Notes under the pieces: model-generated
Seen by the model: the letters and a program-made list of their open reading frames with translations, nothing else
Databases searched by the model: none
What the model was told of the DNA's origin: nothing
Shown here: piece after piece, positions 26,475 through 38,999 of the stretch
Numbering within the stretch: position 1 is the first letter of the stretch
How the letters are laid out: each line of letters opens with the position of its first letter
Position numbers and translations under genes: made by a program
Assembly (NCBI GenBank): GCA_013239625.1
Contig: MU053594.1
Location: 2,608,127 to 2,672,126, forward strand
Direction: 5' to 3'
DNA length: 64,000 nucleotides
DNA from: Lama guanicoe
Lineage: Eukaryota

Positions 26475-26819
26475 CAAACTTTTTTTTCAGACTTGTCATT
26501 TAGAGTTGGGAGTCTCTGGTACCCACTGAAATGGGCAGGAGAAACTAACTTCATTAATCAGTTAAGTTCCTCATCAATGGTCCTTCTAATTGTTATCATG
26601 ATTTAAAACTTAAAACAGCTAATAACTGAAAACAGGTCTGCTGAACTGGGTTAAGCACAATGAAGAACTTCTATAGACAGGATCACAGAAAACAGCGTTT
26701 TTCCGAGTCCTCCATCTCCTGATGGACGTAGGGCCTGAGCAGACAAATATCTAAGGGGAGGAGTAAGCAAACTGTCTATGCCCGGAAGACCCACCCTGGA
26801 TGTTGGACCATCATGAAGG

Positions 26820-26968
26820 AAGTAGTGATATCATGGGAAAACCCCTGGAGCGGAACTTGTGTACTAGTTCCAGCAACCCTGAGAATGTCACTTAACTTGC
26901 CAAAGTATTGGTTTCTCCATCTTCAGTGGAATTGGAGTGGGTGAATCCTGTGATCCTGTAAAGTTCCA
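26820..26968 (+). mobile_element. MIR3-like SINE
   Basis: GGAAAACCCCTGGAG...GTCACTTAACTT...GGTTTCTCCATCT...AAAGTTCC. Confidence 0.45.
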
Positions 26969-27359
26969 AGCAGCTGCTCCCTTTATTGGTGCTCTTCGAG
27001 GTTAGAAGAATTAGTGCACTTTGGATTATTGATTACTTCTGTGGTATTTAGCCTTATTTTGACATGTGAGTAGCCTCTAGCATGTGTTCTCAAGCTGGAA
27101 AACAGGATGCATCAGAAAAGGGATAAAGATGGGGAGGACCTCTATTAAGAAGAATCTGTTTGTGATCAGTATAATTAGGAATACTAAAAAAACAGACAAA
27201 TTCTTTCATATGCATTTCATATCTATATGTGAAAATTATTGAGACAGTTTAAGGAAAAGCACGCATGTATATGTTTATATGTGTGTGTGTATATATAAGT
27301 ACACATATGATATATATATCCACATGTAAATCTAAGTGGATTATATTTAGATGAAAGAA

Positions 27360-27835
27360 AGAATTATTCATCCATTCTATAAATATTTACTGAGCATTAG
27401 CAAAATACCAGATGTTGTATAAGTCTTGGGTTATAAAATAAACAAAGTTCATAGAGATTCTAAGATACAAGGGAGAAAGAGATTCTCCTTTCAGTAACAT
27501 TTATAAAGTACCACTATAGTTGTTACTAATTGCTGGTAGTTATTATAAGTGTAAGGACTGGAAAAATAAAGAAAAGTTTGATTTGGTTAATGAGTCAGCA
27601 GGTAAGTCGTTTGCTGAATGTAAAGAGGAGAGAATGAGATGGATGCTTAAGAAAAGTAGTGAGAGTTGGATGCAGTCATTTACAGAAGAGGAGAGAAAAG
27701 TGACTGCATTACAGAGAATGATTGTGAGGTGGTGCTGAGAGGAGTACTGGAGCTTATGTATTTAGAGCAAGATATTCTTTAAGTCTATTGGAAGCAGAGA
27801 CGTAACGTGGTAAGAATGTTTCAGGAGAATTAATT
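27360..27835 (-). mobile_element. L2 fragments
   Basis: ATTCATCCATTCTATAAATATTTACTGAGCATT...CCAGATGTTGTATAAGTCTTGGGTTATAAAATAAACAA, reverse L2 tail. Confidence 0.55.
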
Positions 27836-27841
27836 AATATG

Positions 27842-28310
27842 ATCACAAATGTCAGGAAACCCAAGCCAACCTGGCTTAAACAGTAGATGCAGCAGCTAAA
27901 GAACTGAAAATACAAACGTCAAACTGTCTGCAATAAAATTTGCGACAGGGGATCAGATGGTGCCACTAGGATCGGATGTTTCTCAGCTCTGCTTCCTCTG
28001 GGTTGTCTCCCTTCTAAAACAGACCCCACCCTAACTCCAGCACTCCTCGTTATGCCTGATCTCTCGAACAAAAGCCCTGGCATCCGCTCTGATTGGGTCT
28101 GATAGGCTTGGGTCCTGTACCTACTCCTGAATCTATCACTGGGACCAGAGTGAATGAAGTGCACTGGTTGGCTGGAGTCCTGGTAAAATGTTCTACTTGT
28201 GGCATCATGGACCAAGTGGTGGCAGGCGTGGCTCCCCAGGTGACAGTTGGGGAGCCGTCATTTGGGGAAAGGTAAACAGATACGAGGCTGCAAATACAAC
28301 ATGTCTTTTC
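27842..28310 (-). mobile_element. MLT1K/L-type MaLR LTR
   Basis: AAACCCAAGCCAACCTGGCTTAAAC...TCTCAGCTCTGCTTCCTCTG...CTCTGATTGG...CCTACTCCTGAATCTATCACTGGGACCAG. Confidence 0.7.
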
Positions 28311-28571
28311 GCTGAGATTTTTCAGTGTAAGCAAACTTGAAGGAAAGATACAGAGGTGAGAGTTTCAAAGGAAAGCATGAATAGATGATCAAAGACTGAT
28401 GGGCTATGGGTCTGTGTTGAGCAGGAAACAAAGTGGGAGAAAGTGGAGCCATACCAAGATGGGAAATCCTGATGAGGCTGAGGAAAACTGAATTAAGGGA
28501 GTAAGGACTATGTGGCCACTGGAGGTCAAACCTTTAGGAGAGGCAATTCCAATCCAGAATGTGGCTATGGA

Positions 28572-29070
28572 GGGTTTAGCTTGGGTTTGTCCTAGAGATC
28601 AGTGTCTGAAACAAGAGCTTGTGTATAGATGTTTTATTTTTGGCTTATCTTATTGAATCCTAGGGAGCAGGAGTGAGAGACTAGGGAGAGCAAACAGAGA
28701 AGCTGGGATATGAATGCAAATAAATTAGTTATTACTGTGGTACCTGATCCTGCTGGGTCTTTTGAGGAGTACACACAGTGTATCCTATATAAATTATCCA
28801 GTAGCTACTACTCTCATTTGTCGAGTGTTGCCAACTCCCCTGTTGTGTTTCCTCACAACAATTTATGGGTTGTGCATGAAAGGAGCCAACAGTGTTTCCT
28901 CCAGCATCCTTTAATGAAGCCCATCGTATGCAACTGAGGGGAGGCATTGCCAGTGCAAAGTGGGTCACAGCCTGCCTGGAACTGACTGTCACACTTGTGT
29001 CTAGAATCAAAGGTAAGGCCAAGAGCAGGTTAAGATAGTGAACAAATGGCCACTGATTAAAGTCTATACA
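28572..29070 (-). mobile_element. ERVL 3' LTR (LTR16/LTR33/LTR41 group)
   Basis: Minus strand starts TG at 29070, includes CTTGGCCTTACCTTTGATTCTAG...GCTGTGACCCACTTTGCACTG, and ends with AATAAA...AAACCCAAGCTAAAC. Confidence 0.7.
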
Positions 29071-31110
29071 TTACACCAGTCACCATTCAGATCTTTTATG
29101 TCTTCCCATTGAGCCGCATCTGTTGGTGGCTAGTCACAGTCTCTAAAATACCTGTCTGCAATAAATGCACAGACAGGTGCATTCCCTGCCGGCACAACGG
29201 GTTCCAATGCTGGATGTAGTAGTTCCTTCGATGCCCATCTTCACCTTCACTCAGCACTTCAGTTGGTGGAGTTTGGTTACCAGGTGGGACAACTCAGACC
29301 TTTATCCCCACAATGTCTAAGTCCTTAAGCTGCCTTGCCACTTTTGACTTTGGGGTGCTACATTTATCTATTTACCACTATCACTGGCCATGGACCACTG
29401 GTCATGGATTTGCCATAAAGAACCTCTGCCTCTTGAGTTCCCTTCCCCATTGCGAAGCAGAACCCTAGCTTATCGGGGGAATTATGGTTGATTATCCTCA
29501 CAAATACTATTTCCTTTTCCCAATGGTCCACCAGAATGAGGAATCTGAAGAAAGCAGTTGAAAGTTATAACTTGGAATCCTTACACATCTCTTAGTGGAA
29601 GTGTCCCTTCCCACCTCCACTTCAACTCAGAGAATTCAAGTGTATGGGGGTGGGAAGCAATCACCCTATGTGGGTCTCTGGGAGTAATGATGAGGGGGGC
29701 CAACCTTATATTCACTCCTTGATTTCAGACCATATGCATTGCACATTCAAGCTGTTGGGTACCCGGCACCATATGTCAACTGGTGGTTCAATATATATAT
29801 TGCATCTTGGGGGGTAGCATCCAAACCCTGCGAGGATTTATCCTGGAGTCCATGCCTCATGTAAGCCATGATTCCAGGTCATGCTGAATTCAGGGGATGA
29901 GGATTTGTGGTAAAACCAGAGTATTCTGCAATCAGGCACCCACTGTTACAACGTTTGCTAAAAATATGGTCCCTTGGTCTGAAGCAGTGCTGTACAAGAT
30001 CCCACACTGGTAAATCAGACAACCTATTAATTCCCTGGGTGTGGTGCTAGCAGAGATGTTGAGGGGAGCAGTGTGAACCTGCACCCAGAGTAGTATGATC
30101 AGTTCCACATGGATGAACGAATGCCTCCTCCAGGGTCAAAGTGCTATGATACAATCAACCTGCCCCCAGTGGCTGGTTTCATCACTGGATGGTACCTTGT
30201 AGAGGGTGTGGGGTAGTCTTGGCTGCAGGCAGTTTGGGTACTCAGCATGGCAGTAGCTGGATCAGCCTTGGTAAGAGGGAGTCTGCGTTGTCGGGCATAG
30301 CCTCCACTCATAAATGCCTATTTTTCAAGCACTGGGGTGGCTGATATTCACAGAATAAATGTCTGATTTTTGAGCACCTCCTCTCCAGTGGACATTAAAG
30401 TGCGGCAACCACAAAGATCTACGTGCTTTGTGCTCACTCCCATGGGTCCATTCACAAGCCTCCTATCTTTCAATCTCACTCCTTCCGGACTCTAATCAAC
30501 TAAAGAAGTCATTCACCATGTACATCTCAACCTCAACCCATTTCTCCCTCCACACAAAGTAAATAACCAACTTTACTGCTTGAAATCTACCCATTGATAG
30601 GATTTCCCTTTGCTACTGCCCATGAAAGTCACCCCTGAGTGCAGCAGCAGTCCACTTGGGGCTCTCACCAACATAAGAAGCTCACTCATGTGCAAATCAG
30701 ACCCAATATTTTTCCCCCTTGGTCAGTTGGTCATAGGGACCTTCCTGTGAGGACATAGGACGATGCCCAGGCCTAACGCTGACTTTACCATTCCCATCGT
30801 GTGATGCATTACTACTGTGTTCACTCAACCTTATGACATAGTGAATCTGATCAAACCCAAAACATGATGAATGGCCCCAAACGCACTAGGGCTTGGCAGA
30901 ATCTGCTAGCTCTCTGACACAGAAGGATGGCCCTGCTCCAGAACTCTGCGGTTCCGTGATTCTCCACTGGGGTGTGCCAGGGACTCCAACAGCATCCTCA
31001 TGCAACACAGTATCCTTAGGGTCTGCTGGCTCATGGGCTCAAATCATCAGTATGCAACCCAACAAATTTGTACGAGCAAAAACTCCCATGAGACCAGCAC
31101 CAAGATCAAG
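29071..31110 (-). mobile_element. Decayed ERVL (ERV3-16A3-like) internal region with pol/integrase remnant
   Basis: Reverse complement of about 30100-30178 reads P-A-(frameshift)-W-G-Q-V-D-C-I-I-A-L-*-P-W-R, matching the ERVL integrase motif PATWWQVDYIGPLPSWK; it abuts an LTR in the same orientation. Confidence 0.75.
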
Positions 31111-32059
31111 GAATAAAACATCAGCTGACACTAAATTTTAAGAGGATTTTTGTCAGGTAGCTTCTTATAACGTGGAAAATAATAGAAGAGCAATCATACG
31201 TTGGAGAAATCACAGAAACTCTCTTTATGTGGCTGTCAACTGAATGGACACCAAGAGTGCAGTGCTGCATTCTGAAGTCGTTTTGCAATGAGTAAATGAT
31301 TACAGCACAGCTCTTGCCTTTATGGTGCTCACCGTCTAATAGGGGAGACAAGTATTAATCATTAATCATTATGCAACTGAATATACATTGCATACAAATA
31401 CAAATTGCATGCAAAAGAGTACATTGTTTCTTCTCCCTCAGGTTCCCAGCCTTCTGTCAGTTTGATCCCATCTTCTCAGCCCGACCCCTTAGGGATATGA
31501 TTGCAGACTAGTTCCATACCTCTGGTTCCTTTGGTCTTGGCCTCCAGCCTTGATCTTCATGGTATATTGTCTTCTGCTTTTTCATACAGACTCTGGCTAA
31601 CCTCCCACCTCTGGCCCCCGAGCCTTATAAAACCTTGGGAAGAAACTACCAGCTCCAAGTTAGGTCCTAGTGGAGCCCAGTCCGCACCTCCAGCCGCTGG
31701 GCTCCTGCTGGGGGAGTGCAGGATGTGGGGACATTGAGTGGCTGTCCTGAGCAGGAGCGACCTCACTGTCGAGTTCCAGCATTCAGGGTTCGGCAGAGCA
31801 GCTGCTGCAGTGGCCTTTCAGGCTGGCCCTGCTGTCTGGTTCTGAGCGGTCCTCCTGGAAGCCTGGTCTCAAGGCTGCGTGTCCAGCCTCTTTTGAAATT
31901 CTGGCAATTACCAAAAATCTAAAAGAAATCCCTTTTCTGCTTAAAACGGAACACAGAGCCCTAGGCACGGTAGGGACCCTTGGAGAGGCCAAATCCTGGA
32001 AGGCTGGAATCAGAAGGAATCCTTAGATGTCAGATGGATTAACTTCCCAACACCCAACT

Positions 32060-32580
32060 AGTTTTCCTGACCCATTCTAGCTCCTCTGACTCATTTTCCA
32101 CAGAAAGATATCTAAAGCAGTTACATCAGATTATATAACTCAGTTTTTTAAAATTCTGTTTAAAATCCTAGAATAAAATCCAGACTCCTTAACACAGCTA
32201 CGAAAGCTCATCCACCCTTTGATTGTTTCCACTGCTCTTACCACTCTCCCCAGAGTGGTCATCCTTCCTGGCATCCGAACAAGCCAAACACAGTCCTGCC
32301 TTGTAGCCTTTACCCTTGCTCTTCCTTACAACTTCAGTCTTTCTCCCCAGATCCTTGCACGACTGACCTCTCATCATTTGAACATCAGCTCTTCAGAGGG
32401 ATACAATCCTAAGAAGTCCCCATGTTACTTGCTAGCTCATGACTCTCATTTTCCTTATTGCCCTTTTATAATGGTTTGTTTACTCGTGTACAGTCTCTCC
32501 CTATGAGAGCAGCGACCTCACCCACCTTGTTTGCTGCTGTATTCCCAGTGCCTAGTAGTAACTGGAATGGATGCATGAGC
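32060..32580 (+). mobile_element. L2 3' region
   Basis: CTAGAATAAAATCCAGACTCCTTAACACAGC...GCCTTTACCCTTGCTCTTCC...TTGTTTGCTGCTGTATTCCCAGTGCCTAG. Confidence 0.75.
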
Positions 32581-33496
32581 GGCTAGGGAAACAGTTGTGG
32601 GGGACTCACGATGTGTATCTGGGAAATTGTATAGAAGGAGCAGGAAATAGAGCCACTCAGCTGAGAGGACAACCCACAGGACTCTGCACACAGTCATGCA
32701 TGCACAAAGACAATGGATCAAAAAAGTGTATTCACAGTGCAGAGGACATACTTTATATATTATTAGAACACTCTTCTGGAAGATAAGGGCCCAATGTCTT
32801 GCTCTAAAAGATTAAGTATGTTCTGAACAATCTTCCATCAGATGGAAGGAAAGTCTCTTCAGGAAGGGATACTTGCTTCTAATTTGTACAAAGGCACCAT
32901 GTGGGCTGGCAGTGACCCCAACATGAGAGGAAGGTTCAGAAGGTTGAGAAGAGATTGGCCAACTTGCTCACCAAGGGAGAGGCTAGGCTGGTGCAGCCGA
33001 GCAATGCCAGTCTTGAAAGCCAGACAAAGGAGTCTTGCTTTTGTGTGTCAGTAATTAGGAGCCAATGTAGAGTTTGCTCCCAGTGGTTTTGGGAGTTCTG
33101 CTGCTCTTCACAGGTGCCTGGGAAGAAGTCCAGAAGGTTCTAAATGAGCCCTTGGGAGTCTGCATGCACAGCTGTAGACTTCTGCTTTCTCCTGTGGTGC
33201 TGTTGGGCAGGAAGGGATGGGAAATAATGAACTGGGCCTGACACCTGGCAAACAATCAAGAAATAATCGCAAAATGAACGTACGAGGCAAAAAACTACAC
33301 AAGCCATGGAAAGTGTCTCCCGGGACGTAGTATAGGTGATAGTGTCAGCACAGTCGTGGGGGCAGGTTGGCAGGAGCTACAGAGAAGACATGCTGGTCCC
33401 TGAGAGAATTATGACCCCCACCATCTCCTCAGTCAACATGGCCCGAGGAGACAGAGCTCAACTGGGAGTGAGATTTCACAAGGCCAAGTAGGTGAG

Positions 33497-33541
33497 TTTT
33501 TTTGTTTGTTTGTTTGTTTTTGTTTTGTTTTGTTTGTTTTG
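33497..33541. repeat. (GTTT)n/(GTTTT)n microsatellite
   Basis: Direct reading. Confidence 0.9.
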
Positions 33542-33884
33542 ATTTAAGTTTTGTACAGATGAAATCTCCTGAGGTGGGCACAGCTCATAGAGAGAAAGAA
33601 AGCCAAGAATTACGGGTGAAAATGCCTCTGGGTAGAATCAACTCCCCATCTTCCTTTTTCTCCGTTCCTTGGCTGCATTTATGAATACAAATCACGTATT
33701 TTTAGAACTGTTCTTCATTAAAATCGTTGGGAGCTGGAAACAGGAGAGCAGGCTGGAGCTGACATCACTGCTGGAAGCTCTCACTTCTTTGCTTCGCCAG
33801 AAAGTCCAGGAACAGGGACTGAGGACCTGACCAGTTGGACGTGGTCAAGCCAGCGGGGTGCAGGACTCAGGTTTCCATCCGGAC

Positions 33885-33985
33885 TCCCTCTCCTTCTCTC
33901 CCTCCTTCCTCTTTCCTTTCCTTTCCCACCTGTCTTTTTCCATCCTCTTCCCCTCTTTCATCTTTCCCCTTTTTCTTTCCTTCAT
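33885..33985. repeat. Polypyrimidine (CT-rich) low-complexity tract
   Basis: About 100 bp almost entirely C/T. Confidence 0.85.
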
Positions 33986-34689
33986 CCACTTCAAGTTCTT
34001 CCAAAATACCACCATTCTTGAAGATATCACACCAATGCTGAAGCCAAAGAAATGAATGAGAAATGTCTTTCTGGAGGAATAGACACTTTAGCCTTTCCTT
34101 GCATTTCTTTCAGGGATTTGGCTAAAACTCAGGTTTAGGAGTAAAATGACTTGCTTTGGGTTTCAAGGCTGCCAGAGCTCAAATATTGCGGTGCTCCTCT
34201 TTGGTCTGCAGAGAGATGGGCAGTGAGGGTGTCAGGTGAGTTTGAGCGGGACCTGCCTATCTGCACCTTGCAGGTAACTAGCTAGATGGGGCTGACAGGT
34301 GCGACTCCTGGGGTCCATTCCATAGGGTACGTTTTAGGAAGAACAGCTGGCTGCTCACTTAAGATGGTGAGTATCTGTGAAAAGGAGGCACTGCTTATAA
34401 TCACCAGGAGTGTTATTTGTAGCCTTTCTGCTTCATTCAAGAGAAAGAAGGTGATGGGCAATTCAACATTGTAACAAGGTGCACATGGTTTCTTAGCCTT
34501 GCATTTTCAGACACAAGATGTCAGGCAGAGGGAGGCTTCCCTAATGGAAGCTATTTTAAGATATGATTTCTGAGATGTTAATCAAAACTGCTAAAGTCAC
34601 TGTGATCACTTCTTTGTAGAAAAGTACTCAGAAATTATGTCTTCATTGCTAAAGAGAATAGAAAAGTAAAGGGTTAAATTCAGAAGTTG

Positions 34690-34890
34690 AGGACAGCAGA
34701 TCAAGTTTCCATAAACAGTTAGTTACTATTAAGTTGAGTGACTTTGGGCAATTAGTTAAGTAATTTATCTAAGTCTCATCCTTCCTACCATCAGATGGGT
34801 TTTATAACTTTACCTACCCTACCCACTTCACAAGGGTGTTATAAGGATTCATTGAAATAGGAACGAAAAAGTCCTTTGAACAATGAAAAT
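34690..34890 (+). mobile_element. MIR SINE
   Basis: GAGTGACTTTGGGCAATT...TCACAAGGGTGTTATAAGGATT. Confidence 0.65.
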
Positions 34891-35318
34891 TACTGCTCAA
34901 CTGGCTCTGGGTGTGATAAGCTGAGTATCTCAGAGTCCTGATATGTGAAGATGCTCTGACACTTAGCTCAGGTGCCGGTGCCACACCTGAGAGTCTTCTT
35001 CCTTGTCTCTGCGCTTGCTGGCTCTAGGTTGAGCCTTCTTCCTCTTTCATACTCTTCACTCAAGCTTGGTCCTTTAAATGAAAGTTCCTGCTGTTTCTCT
35101 CCATAGCAATCCGATCTGCACTAAACAAAGAAGCGGGGTCCAATGACTTTTAGCATCATCCTCTGCATGCTCCTTTGCTTCTAAGAAGCCTAATTCAAAT
35201 GCTCTCTGGCCACACTAAGCCCATCTTCCAATGGCTGTCATGTGAGCCATCCTGACCTCCCTCACTGGGACCCTCCCATCTCCAAATCATCATTCCTGCC
35301 AAAAGCGTGGTCCCCCCC

Positions 35319-35431
35319 NNNNNNNNNNNNNNNNNNNNNNNNNNNNNNNNNNNNNNNNNNNNNNNNNNNNNNNNNNNNNNNNNNNNNNNNNNNNNNNNNN
35401 NNNNNNNNNNNNNNNNNNNNNNNNNNNNNNN
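35319..35431. other. Assembly gap (113 N)
   Basis: Run of N. Confidence 1.
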
Positions 35432-37599
35432 TGTCATGTGACCATCCTGACCTCCCTCACTGGGACCCTCCCATCTCCAAATCATCATTCCTGCCAAAAG
35501 CGTGGTCCCCCCCCTTTGCAAGTGACCATTTCCCTTTCAGTGGCTTTCTAGGCAAATTCTCCTGAAGTGTCTGTCCTCTGGTTGAAATTGGACACAGGTC
35601 TTTATAGTCAATTCAAAAGCCCCAAAAGAAAGCCTGTTTGTAACATTTTAAATGGTCATCTGGCTTTGGACCAAAGTCCACTTTTCCCAGTTTAGTCACT
35701 CATCTTTGTCAAGAGTTTTTGTTCTGAATGACTTTTATGTTTCTAAAAACCAAACCCCTCACTCCCAACATGAATTTGCCATCGTTTTAAGGATGCAGAA
35801 ATTATGCCACAGATATGAAAGGCAATTCCCAAAGAGGAGTCATTTTAATGGTTTGAATTATTCATCATTGAATTATGCCTTTAGCCTCTGGGGGTTTCCC
35901 TTTTGAAAGGGCAACCCTTATTTGGATTTAGGAATCCTAATATGTTTGAATTTTTAAAAATAACCAATTTTACAATCAAGGCTGTGGTCACCTTGCAGTT
36001 CATTGCCCACCTAAGAACTCTGGATTTTAACCTGTTTCCAAAAGTATGTAAATTGGCTTACAACAAACACACCTATAATAAAGCTTTTAAAATAGAAAAT
36101 TCAAAACCATGAACAAGTGAACAAGTTGGGAGGGGATTAAATCCTCGTGAATCAGAGTTACTGTTTTTGAACATTACTTTGAATTGCTCATGAGCCCGAG
36201 AGGGAAGAACGCAGAAGACTAGAACCCAGTTTTTCCATCATTAAAAAGGGAACATTTCAGGTCTTTAAGGGAAGCAGGACAAGGCAGTTAACATTTGCTC
36301 AGCATCCACTGAATAACTGCCAAGAGCCTTCCTGTGCACTGCTTTTGCCCCCACTCGCTGGGAGACACCAGGTAACTTACCTCCCACCTTGGCACCTGCA
36401 ATCCTTTGTCTGGGAGCTGGGGAGGATGGTGAGCCCTCACCATGCATTTGTTGTGAGAATTGAGATGCTTATAAGGCTCTGGCAGGGTGCTTTGAGCATT
36501 GTAAACATCCAATAAGCAGTACCTGCAGTTCCTCTAACACCCCTCCCGGCAGTGCTACTCTCTCCATTTAAGAAAGAAAGCTACCCCGTTCATCAGAGTG
36601 TCACCAGTGTATGGAAAGGCCACGATTCCGATCAAGGTCTCCTTAATCAGAAAATCTCGGCCCTTCCGACTGTGCCTGTCAACTATAAAAGGAATTTGCC
36701 AAATGAAAGTGATTTTATTTTATTTTTTAAAGAATATTGAATGACATAATGAGCCATATAGGGAAGCAGACTTTCTGGGGCTATTTCGTAGACTCTCAAA
36801 AATAGCCTTGAGATAAACATTAAGCCACAGCTCAAGGGAACCATTTGTGTGAAGCCAGGCTACGAAGTCCAGCTCTCCAGGGAGCTAACTTCGTGTACGT
36901 AGAGAACAGGTCCCTCCACCTGTTCCCGCACCCCCAGCCCCGGCTGACCACAGGAGTGTTTGATAATATCTGTGTTAGCGTCACGGGCCTGGACGTGGCA
37001 AAAGGGAAGGTGGTTTCTGAACAGAACAGCTTATCCTCAGGAACCTTGGAGGGTTCGTCTGTGAGGGTGAAAGCAGCGTTTTCTCCACCCCACAGCCGCC
37101 CATACCCAGGCTGCCTCTTTGTTTTGCTTCTGGTTTTCACATCCTTGGCAACAGGCTCCCGCTAGGCATTCTGGGCCCCTCCGGCTGCCAGGATTCCAGG
37201 ACATGCTTCTGGCAGGCCCCAGGAGAGAGCGGCATCCTCTGGCCCGTCTCCTTGACCAGTTTACTCAGTCAACATTCACTGCAGGAGCTGGCACGTGGCC
37301 AGCCGTGAGTCAGAATCTCCGCCTGCCCTGGCTCCTCCTCAGGCCTCGCCTCCTGGGGCGGGCAGGAGAACCGCAGCAAACCCAGGTGCCACCCAACTCC
37401 TGCTCCTTCCCATCTTCACTGGCTTCTGCTTCGTGTTGTTTCTGGTCGGAATGTCTCTTCGTCTGACAGCTGGGTCTGTTGGTCCTAACCAAGGTCTTTC
37501 ATTTCTTATTGAATTATAATGACTTTGATTAAAGGAAATGTAATTGATTGAGCACATACATTTAAGCTGCTGTTGATTTCGTAGCCTCTTTGGCTTGAC

Positions 37600-37755
37600 C
37601 CTCACAGTAAAACCTAGGGAGTGCGAAAATCAAACCTCAGGGTGCATGGAAGCTCAGGGAAGAGAAATAACTTGCCAAAGTCATGCTGCTTGTGAACGGG
37701 GAGATGGAGGACTTAAACCCAGGTCTGAGTGACTCCGAAACCAATGCTCCCTTTT
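37600..37755 (-). mobile_element. MIR SINE
   Basis: GAAGCTCAGGGAAGAGAAATAACTTGCCAAAGTCATGCTGCT...AAACCCAGGTCTGAGTGACTCCGAAACC. Confidence 0.7.
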
Positions 37756-38374
37756 AATTTACTAGCTTTTTCTGATCAGGTTTGTAGCTCCCTGGGCAGA
37801 AACAGAGCTTAGAAAATTTCTTAGTAGTCATTGTCTTTGTCTTGCTGGCTTTTAGACTTAGAAAAGGAAAATAGAATAGGAAATTTCCTATTTCCCAGGA
37901 AAGTAGTGATAAAGTCTCCCAGTGTCTGGATATCTTGCCTCAGTGATTAGTACAATCCACTGTCTGCACATGAGCACAAACCTATTTCTTCTTTAATAAT
38001 AATGAGTGATGAAAATGGGTCCAGATGCCCGAGAGATGTGCCATCTCCTGTCTTATTTGCCAAGACATGCCAATTCCATCGGCTTTTCTCAGCATGGATG
38101 CAGAGGGACTTCCGACTTCCTGTGTATGGGATTGTGATGCTGGAATCTTTTCTTTTTTTTTTAAGTCAAGGCCACTGTGGGGAGTTGAATTCTGAATTTA
38201 AGGAGATGAAGAGAGAAAATGCAATTCCCAGCTTGAAATTATTTTTTAAACCCCTCAGCAGGATGGATTTTTCACTCTTGGCTGGTTTTTGTCTTATTAG
38301 ACACGTGCGGTTGGCAGGTCGCCTCAGAACCTGTCCTAAAACAACACTAGAGAGATGCTGACTTATCACCTTAC

Positions 38375-38500
38375 TTTTTTTTTCTAAAAAAAAAAAACAA
38401 CTTTAAAAAAATTGAATTATAGTCAGTTACAATGTGTCAGTTTCTGGTGTATAGCATAATGTTTCAGTCATACGTATACATACATATAATCATTTTCACA
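38375..38500 (-). mobile_element. Very short young L1 3' end
   Basis: ATTGAATTATAGTCAGTTACAATGTGTCAGTTTCTGGTGTATAGCATAATG; possible diverged TSD GACTTATCACCTTACTT / GACCTTATTTCTTACTT. Confidence 0.75.
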
Positions 38501-38574
38501 GACCTTATTTCTTACTTCCTCATCCACACCTACCTCACTCTTCTCTCCTCTTGCGACCCTCAGCTCTCATGCCC

Positions 38575-38830
38575 GGGAGCACAGTGGGAAGCAAAGAACA
38601 GAGACTCTGGAGGGACTGGTTCGGATCCCAGCCCTGCCAGTTACTGGCTGAGTGACTATGGAGAGGTCTCTTAAAAACCACCTTATAAACGAGACCTTTG
38701 TTTCCTCATTTAGAGGGTGGGCCTGACCAACACAGAACTTACAACAGTGTTCAGAGACTCCATGCAGATAATGCAGGTGAAAGACTTTGCTAACCGTAAG
38801 AATTTCACAATGTTGGGTACACTTTATTTT
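38575..38830 (+). mobile_element. MIR SINE
   Basis: AAGAACAGAGACTCTGGAG...GGTTCGGATCCCAGCCCTGCCAGTTACTGGCTGAGTGAC...GTTTCCTCATT, tRNA-derived head plus core. Confidence 0.75.
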
Positions 38831-38999
38831 TTTAACTTTTGTTTATCTCAAGCTACCCCTGTCCCCATCTTCAAAGGCTTGCTACCTCAACTTTCATATA
38901 TCACTCGAATTTTCTTTCCCCAATAATAAGCCTATGAAGTTTAGAATTCCTTAGGTCACTTGAACTGGAGAGAGGTTAGGGGAAGAGACAATCCTCATA

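Noticed and set aside
35195..35565. ORFs with internal repeats spanning X residues
   Set aside because: Artefact of the N gap and duplicated contig ends.
38375..38397. T9-CT-A12 potential hairpin resembling a terminator
   Set aside because: Part of a decayed L1 tail in eukaryotic DNA; no terminator meaning.
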